DNA from: Syntrophales bacterium | Lineage (GTDB): Bacteria; Desulfobacterota; Syntrophia; Syntrophales; UBA6807 | Direction of reading: 5' to 3' | Assembly (NCBI GenBank): GCA_040767195.1 | Contig: JAXGPA010000003.1 | Coordinates: 160,001 to 224,000, forward strand | DNA: 64,000 bases | Part shown: positions 59,783 through 64,000 of the stretch, one piece after another | How positions within the stretch are numbered: position 1 is the first letter of the stretch | Layout: the number at the start of each line of letters is the position of its first letter | Notes under the pieces: model-generated | Told to the model about the DNA's origin: nothing | The model's database searches: none | What the model saw: only the letters and a program-made list of their open reading frames with translations | Position numbers and translations under genes: made by a program

Positions 59783-60895
59783 TCAGATCTCCCAGGGCAG
59801 GCCGGGCCTTCCGAAGTGACCGTAATTCGTCGTCATCCGGTAAATGGGCTTCATGAGGCCCAGCGACGTGATCATATGGGCGGGCCGGAAGTTGAAGGTT
59901 CTCACGAAAGCCTCGGCCCGGCCGTTGTCCCCCGTCCCGAAGGTGTCCACTTTCACGGAAACCGGGTCGGCCATTCCGATGGCATAGGCCACCTGGATTT
60001 CCAGGCGCTCCGCCAGCCCCTCCCGGACCACCTGCCGGGCCACATACCGGCAGTAATAGGCGGCGCTCCGGTCCACCTTGGACGGGTCTTTCCCACTGAA
60101 GGCGCCGCCGCCGTGGTGTGCCGCGCCGCCGTAAGTATCCACGATGATTTTTCGCCCGGTGACCCCGCAGTCCGCCGACGGTCCGCCCACAACGAAGGAC
60201 CCCGTGGGGTTGACGTAAAAACGGATGTTCCCGTCAAACCACCCCCCGAGTATCCGGGGCGCCAAGTCCCGGAGCACGTATTCCCGGATTTCAGCCTGAT
60301 TGACCGCCTGGTCATGATGGGAGGAGATCACCACATCGGTAATCTTTTTGGGTTTTCCGTTCTCATAGAGAACGGAGACCTGGCTCTTCCCGTCGGGCCG
60401 AAGCCACCGTACCCGGCCCGATTTGCGGTCTTCCGCCAGGCCCTCCGCGAGGCGGTGGGCCATGAGGATGGGCAGGGGCATGAGTTCAGGCGTTTCGTTC
60501 GTGGCATAGCCGAACATCATGCCCTGGTCCCCGGCGCCCTGATCGCCGCTTCGGCTCGTCTCCTTGTTGACCCCCAGGGCGATGTCCGGGGACTGGCGGG
60601 AAATGAGGGAGACGATGTTGACCCGGTCCCAGCAGAAAGGCATGGCGGGGTCGGTATACCCCACTTGCCGGATGGCCTCCCTTGCCGTCGCCTGAAAGTC
60701 GACGGGTGTTTTCGTGGTAATCTCACCGGCCAAAACGACCTGGTCCTCCTTGCAGAGGACCTCACAGGCCACCCGGCTGGACGGGTCCCCCGCCAGGCAG
60801 GCATCGAGAATGGAATCGGCGATGAAGTCGCACACCTTGTCGGGATGGCCTTCCGTAACCGATTCGGACGTGAGGATATAGGTATTGTTCATCAA
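59783..60895 (-). CDS. metK: S-adenosylmethionine synthetase
   Basis: SESVTEGHPDK, GAGDQG, GRKIIVDTYGG, GGGAFSGKDPSKVDRS, YGHFGR. Confidence 0.97.
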   Translation of the reverse strand: MMNNTYILTSESVTEGHPDKVCDFIADSILDACLAGDPSSRVACEVLCKEDQVVLAGEITTKTPVDFQATAREAIRQVGYTDPAMPFCWDRVNIVSLISRQSPDIALGVNKETSRSGDQGAGDQGMMFGYATNETPELMPLPILMAHRLAEGLAEDRKSGRVRWLRPDGKSQVSVLYENGKPKKITDVVISSHHDQAVNQAEIREYVLRDLAPRILGGWFDGNIRFYVNPTGSFVVGGPSADCGVTGRKIIVDTYGGAAHHGGGAFSGKDPSKVDRSAAYYCRYVARQVVREGLAERLEIQVAYAIGMADPVSVKVDTFGTGDNGRAEAFVRTFNFRPAHMITSLGLMKPIYRMTTNYGHFGRPGLPWEI

Positions 60896-60927
60896 AACCT
60901 CCTTCTGTGTTTTCGCTCTTCAGGGGC

Positions 60928-60958
60928 AAAAAAAAAGCCCCGTGCCAAAGCACGGGGC
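60928..60958 (-). terminator. Riboswitch-associated intrinsic terminator in metK leader
   Basis: GCCCCGTGC-TTTG-GCACGGGGC followed by T9 on minus strand, upstream of the RBS. Confidence 0.88.
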
Positions 60959-60980
60959 CGTAACAGGCAGTTCACGGCAG

Positions 60981-61030
60981 CGCTTTAGCACATTTTTATA
61001 GCGGAGCAATTTGCTGATCAAATCACCGCT
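60981..61030 (-). ncRNA. SAM-II riboswitch
   Basis: AGCGG-TGATTTG...TTGC-TCCGCT-ATAAAAATGT-GCTAAAG matches the SAM-II pseudoknot pattern; lies 5' of metK. Confidence 0.85.
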
Positions 61031-61120
61031 TCGCCTGAAAAGCCTATAAACCAAACCCTGCGGAAAAGCAACAGGATTTTGAGCCCACCACCGGCCTTTC
61101 CGCCGCGAGACGTTACGGGG

Positions 61121-62530
61121 TTACAGAAACGGCGTGTCGACAGGCGATAACATCCGGACTGAAACAAGCCTTTCGAGAAGGGACCCTTTTTTCGTTCCTT
61201 TCCCGAGGGTAAGATCGGAAAGAACCACACGGCCGGTCACCCGAACGCGATCCCCGCCCCAGGTTCTTTCCCGGTAGCCCCACAGGGCATGGACGGCGTA
61301 AGGAACGCCGTCGACATGACCGGTATAAAGAAGGATGTGTCCCTTCATGTACAGGAGCGTAAGCCCCCCCAGGGCACGTTCCGCCAGGATCGCGATTTTG
61401 CGTTCCGCCGGGGTGCCCCCGTCGAACCTGTCCAGGAGAAGGCCCGCCTCGGCCTGTTTCGATGAATTCCGGGGAAGGCGGACGCCCGCCGTGGCAAAGA
61501 CCTCCTGGACGAAACGGGAGCAATCCTGTTCTCCGTTCCGCCCTCCCCAGCCGTAAGGAGCGTTCACAAGCCGAAAGGCCTGTTCCAGCATATGTCGTCC
61601 CGTCAGGGCCAGGAACCCGCGATGGACTTCCGCCTCCGATGCATAGGCCTTTTCGATGCAAAGGCTCCCGTCTTCCCGCCGGAAAGGCAGAAGAAGAACG
61701 ACCCCGTCACCGTTCCCGCCGTCGTCTCCGGCGAGGGGAAAGGAAACACCCATGCGGGCGTGATCGTGATGAACCGTCCGTTTCGGGTCCCGGTAGAGAT
61801 CGCCTTTCGGGGAGATGACGACGGCTCTTTTTTCAGGACGGAGAAATCTCTCCAGGTCTTCCCGGGAAGCCGGTGCGACCCTGTTATTTTCCACCCAGCC
61901 GCGGTAAAGGGGATCGAAAACGTACACCCAGGCCTGGTCGCGGCTTTCATGGAGGATCCGGAGAGGGGTCCCGATGTCCAGGGCGCTTGTCTGCACCGCG
62001 TCGAAGTCCCGGTCGCCCCGTGTCCCGTAGAGGGACTCCGCCGTGGGGAAAACCCGCTGGTCGGCATAACGGGTGACCAGGGCAAAACGGGGCGGGACCC
62101 GGGGGGGAATATTCTCGAGGTTCATGTTCCCGTAAAGAGACTCAAAAAAATCAGCCCCCACCGCCAGGCCGTCCTTGTCGTAGCAGGCCGGCCCGGTGAA
62201 GTTCCTCATGTCTTCATCGAGGAGGGAACGGATTTCCTCTTGTGACATACTTTGATCGGAAGCGAGCATGTCCCGGGTCAGGCCGAGTTCCGCCTCAAGG
62301 TATCCGTTCAGTTTTTCGATTTGTCCCGGGTCCAGAAAGACCCGGTCCGGGTCGGGGTGGCGACCGATCCAGAAACCGGCGGTTTTCATCATCCGGTTCG
62401 TTCCGGGAAGAAGGGACGGCGCCGCCTGGTACCGTTTCTCCACCGGGACGCAACAGCCCCCGAAACAGAGAAGAAACAGAAAGATAATGACGGGAAGCTT
62501 CCGGGTCTTCAGAAAGGCCACAGGCAGCAC
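61121..62530 (-). CDS. NlpC/P60 cell-wall peptidase lipoprotein with SH3-like domains
   Basis: Lipobox-like FGGC; PYGWGG, DCSRFV, LPRNS, GHILLY. Confidence 0.88.
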   Translation of the reverse strand: MLPVAFLKTRKLPVIIFLFLLCFGGCCVPVEKRYQAAPSLLPGTNRMMKTAGFWIGRHPDPDRVFLDPGQIEKLNGYLEAELGLTRDMLASDQSMSQEEIRSLLDEDMRNFTGPACYDKDGLAVGADFFESLYGNMNLENIPPRVPPRFALVTRYADQRVFPTAESLYGTRGDRDFDAVQTSALDIGTPLRILHESRDQAWVYVFDPLYRGWVENNRVAPASREDLERFLRPEKRAVVISPKGDLYRDPKRTVHHDHARMGVSFPLAGDDGGNGDGVVLLLPFRREDGSLCIEKAYASEAEVHRGFLALTGRHMLEQAFRLVNAPYGWGGRNGEQDCSRFVQEVFATAGVRLPRNSSKQAEAGLLLDRFDGGTPAERKIAILAERALGGLTLLYMKGHILLYTGHVDGVPYAVHALWGYRERTWGGDRVRVTGRVVLSDLTLGKGTKKGSLLERLVSVRMLSPVDTPFL

Positions 62531-63153
62531 CCTTTCTCCCTGACGAATTGGGCCTCGCAGGAAGCGAGCTGATTTTCGTACATCTTCTTTCTCGTCAGGA
62601 CCTTGCCCGCCACGGCCAGAAGCCATTGCTTGGAGCGGTGCGTTTTCCTGGAATAGCCTCCCCACCCCTCGTGGTAGGCCAGGTAGAGGTTGTAGACGTC
62701 TCCCTTGTCGATGCCGCACCGGGCGTGACTCGTGGCGCAGTACCACCCGATGAAGTCGGCGGCGTCGGCGAAATCGTTCCTGTCCGCCCCGGTGTTGCCC
62801 GTGGCTTCCCGGTAGACGTTCCACGTGTCGTCGAGGGCCTGGGCGTAACCGTAAGCCGACGAGGGCCGGGGGCCGGGTATGATGAAAAGACAGGTTGTCC
62901 TTGGCGGCTTCGCCTCGGCGTCAAACTTGGATTCCTGGTGCATGATGGCCATGATGACCGGAATGGAAACCCCCCAGCGGTCCCGGGCCCGGGCGGCTCC
63001 CTCGTACCAGTTCTCGTTTTCGGTGAATATGTCACAAAGGTTGTCCGGGTTTCCGGAAACACGGCCGGCGGTGTGGCAGCAGCCGGCGAGCACGATCCAG
63101 GACAGGATGAAAGCGCCTGCAATAAGAAACCATCGGTGCTTCCGCTCTCTCAT
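62509..63153 (-). CDS. Transglycosylase SLT-domain lipoprotein
   Basis: Lipobox LAGC; IMHQES, SSAYGYAQA, YLAYHEG. Confidence 0.85.
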   Translation of the reverse strand: MRERKHRWFLIAGAFILSWIVLAGCCHTAGRVSGNPDNLCDIFTENENWYEGAARARDRWGVSIPVIMAIMHQESKFDAEAKPPRTTCLFIIPGPRPSSAYGYAQALDDTWNVYREATGNTGADRNDFADAADFIGWYCATSHARCGIDKGDVYNLYLAYHEGWGGYSRKTHRSKQWLLAVAGKVLTRKKMYENQLASCEAQFVREKGCCLWPF

Positions 63154-63175
63154 GACCCTCCCTGAAAGCCCGCCT

Positions 63176-64000
63176 TCACTTCCTGCTTTTTCCGGGCCCA
63201 CGAAGCTTCCGCTGGAGCAGATCACCCAGTGTACCGAGAGAGCCGCCCTGAACGGACACCGGGGAAAGGTAGTCCCCCCCATCCTGTTCTCCCGGAAGAC
63301 TTTCCTCCGCCGGCACGAGGGATATCTGCCTGCCGTCACGGTCCAGCCTTTCGATCCGAAGATCAAGAATCTGGCCCTTGTTCAGAACATCCCCGGGATG
63401 CTTTATTTTCTTTCCTTCGCCCAGGCGGGAGATGTGGAGAAGCCCCTCGATCCCCGGTTCCAGTTCCACGAAGGCGCCGAACCGGGCGAGACGGACCACT
63501 TTTCCCCGACACGGAGACCCTTCGGTGTAGCGCTGTTCCACGGTAAACCACGGGTCCGGCTGGATTTTCCGGAGACTCAGGGAAAGACGGTCCTTTTCGC
63601 GGTCCAGTTTCAGCACCTGAAGCTCCAGTTCCTGTCCTACGGTGAGCACATCACGGATGTCCTCCACGTGACCCCAGGAGATTTCCGATATGGGCAGCAG
63701 GCCCTCCACACCGCCGAGATCGACGAAAGCCCCGTATTTTTGAAAAGAAACGATCCGGCCCCGGACGGTCATTCCCTCTTCCAGGGCATTCATGAACGCT
63801 TCCTTTTTCTCTTTTCTCTCCGCCTCCAGGAGGGGTCTCCGGCTGACGACGATATTTCTTCCTTTGCCGTCGAATTCGATGAGCAGAAAAAGGTGTTTTT
63901 CACCGACAAGAGAAGCCGGGTCTCCGATACGCTCCAGGGACATCTGGGAAAAGGGGCAAAAGGCCCTGAAGGTCCCCGCTATTCTCACGGAAAACCCCCC
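63176..64000 (-). CDS. 30S ribosomal protein S1-like protein (5'-truncated by window)
   Basis: Repeated S1 domains YGAFVDLGGVEGLL and FGAFVELEPGIEGLLHIS; C-terminal GTLGDLL. Confidence 0.88.
   Translation of the reverse strand, partial: GGFSVRIAGTFRAFCPFSQMSLERIGDPASLVGEKHLFLLIEFDGKGRNIVVSRRPLLEAERKEKKEAFMNALEEGMTVRGRIVSFQKYGAFVDLGGVEGLLPISEISWGHVEDIRDVLTVGQELELQVLKLDREKDRLSLSLRKIQPDPWFTVEQRYTEGSPCRGKVVRLARFGAFVELEPGIEGLLHISRLGEGKKIKHPGDVLNKGQILDLRIERLDRDGRQISLVPAEESLPGEQDGGDYLSPVSVQGGSLGTLGDLLQRKLRGPGKSRK

Noticed and set aside
59492..60988. 498-aa plus-strand ORF opposite metK
   Set aside because: Antisense shadow of metK

Overview
GC-rich chromosomal window from an anaerobic bacterium. 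The gene content (VOR-type 2-oxoacid:ferredoxin oxidoreductase, CoA-transferases, class II RNR, NrpR, RdgC-like and LonC-type proteins) suggests a Syntrophales-like Desulfobacterota/deltaproteobacterium; this is an inference, not a database result. Most of it is core metabolism and DNA maintenance (pgm, vor operon, rmuC, gdhA, pqiABC, xerD, nadK, recN, mltA, ilvE, ettA, cobB, pyk, nrdJ, metK, S1 protein) plus tRNA-His and tRNA-Leu. No CRISPR array, prophage or rRNA was seen. The most notable non-annotated signals are: (1) a candidate sigma54-driven sRNA of about 145 nt at ~38265-38420, a three-way junction with two C-rich/anti-Shine-Dalgarno loops and a terminator, next to a DnaA-box/IHF cluster; (2) an HUH/Y1 (RAYT-like) transposase bounded by bipartite ~82-bp terminal inverted repeats carrying IHF-like sites, sitting between tRNA-Leu and the start codon of a cupin gene; (3) a SAM-II riboswitch coupled to an intrinsic terminator ahead of metK; (4) an nrpR-gdhA-PPDK-like nitrogen module with shared candidate operators; (5) an exosortase operon with a SEC-C membrane protein and an outer-membrane barrel.
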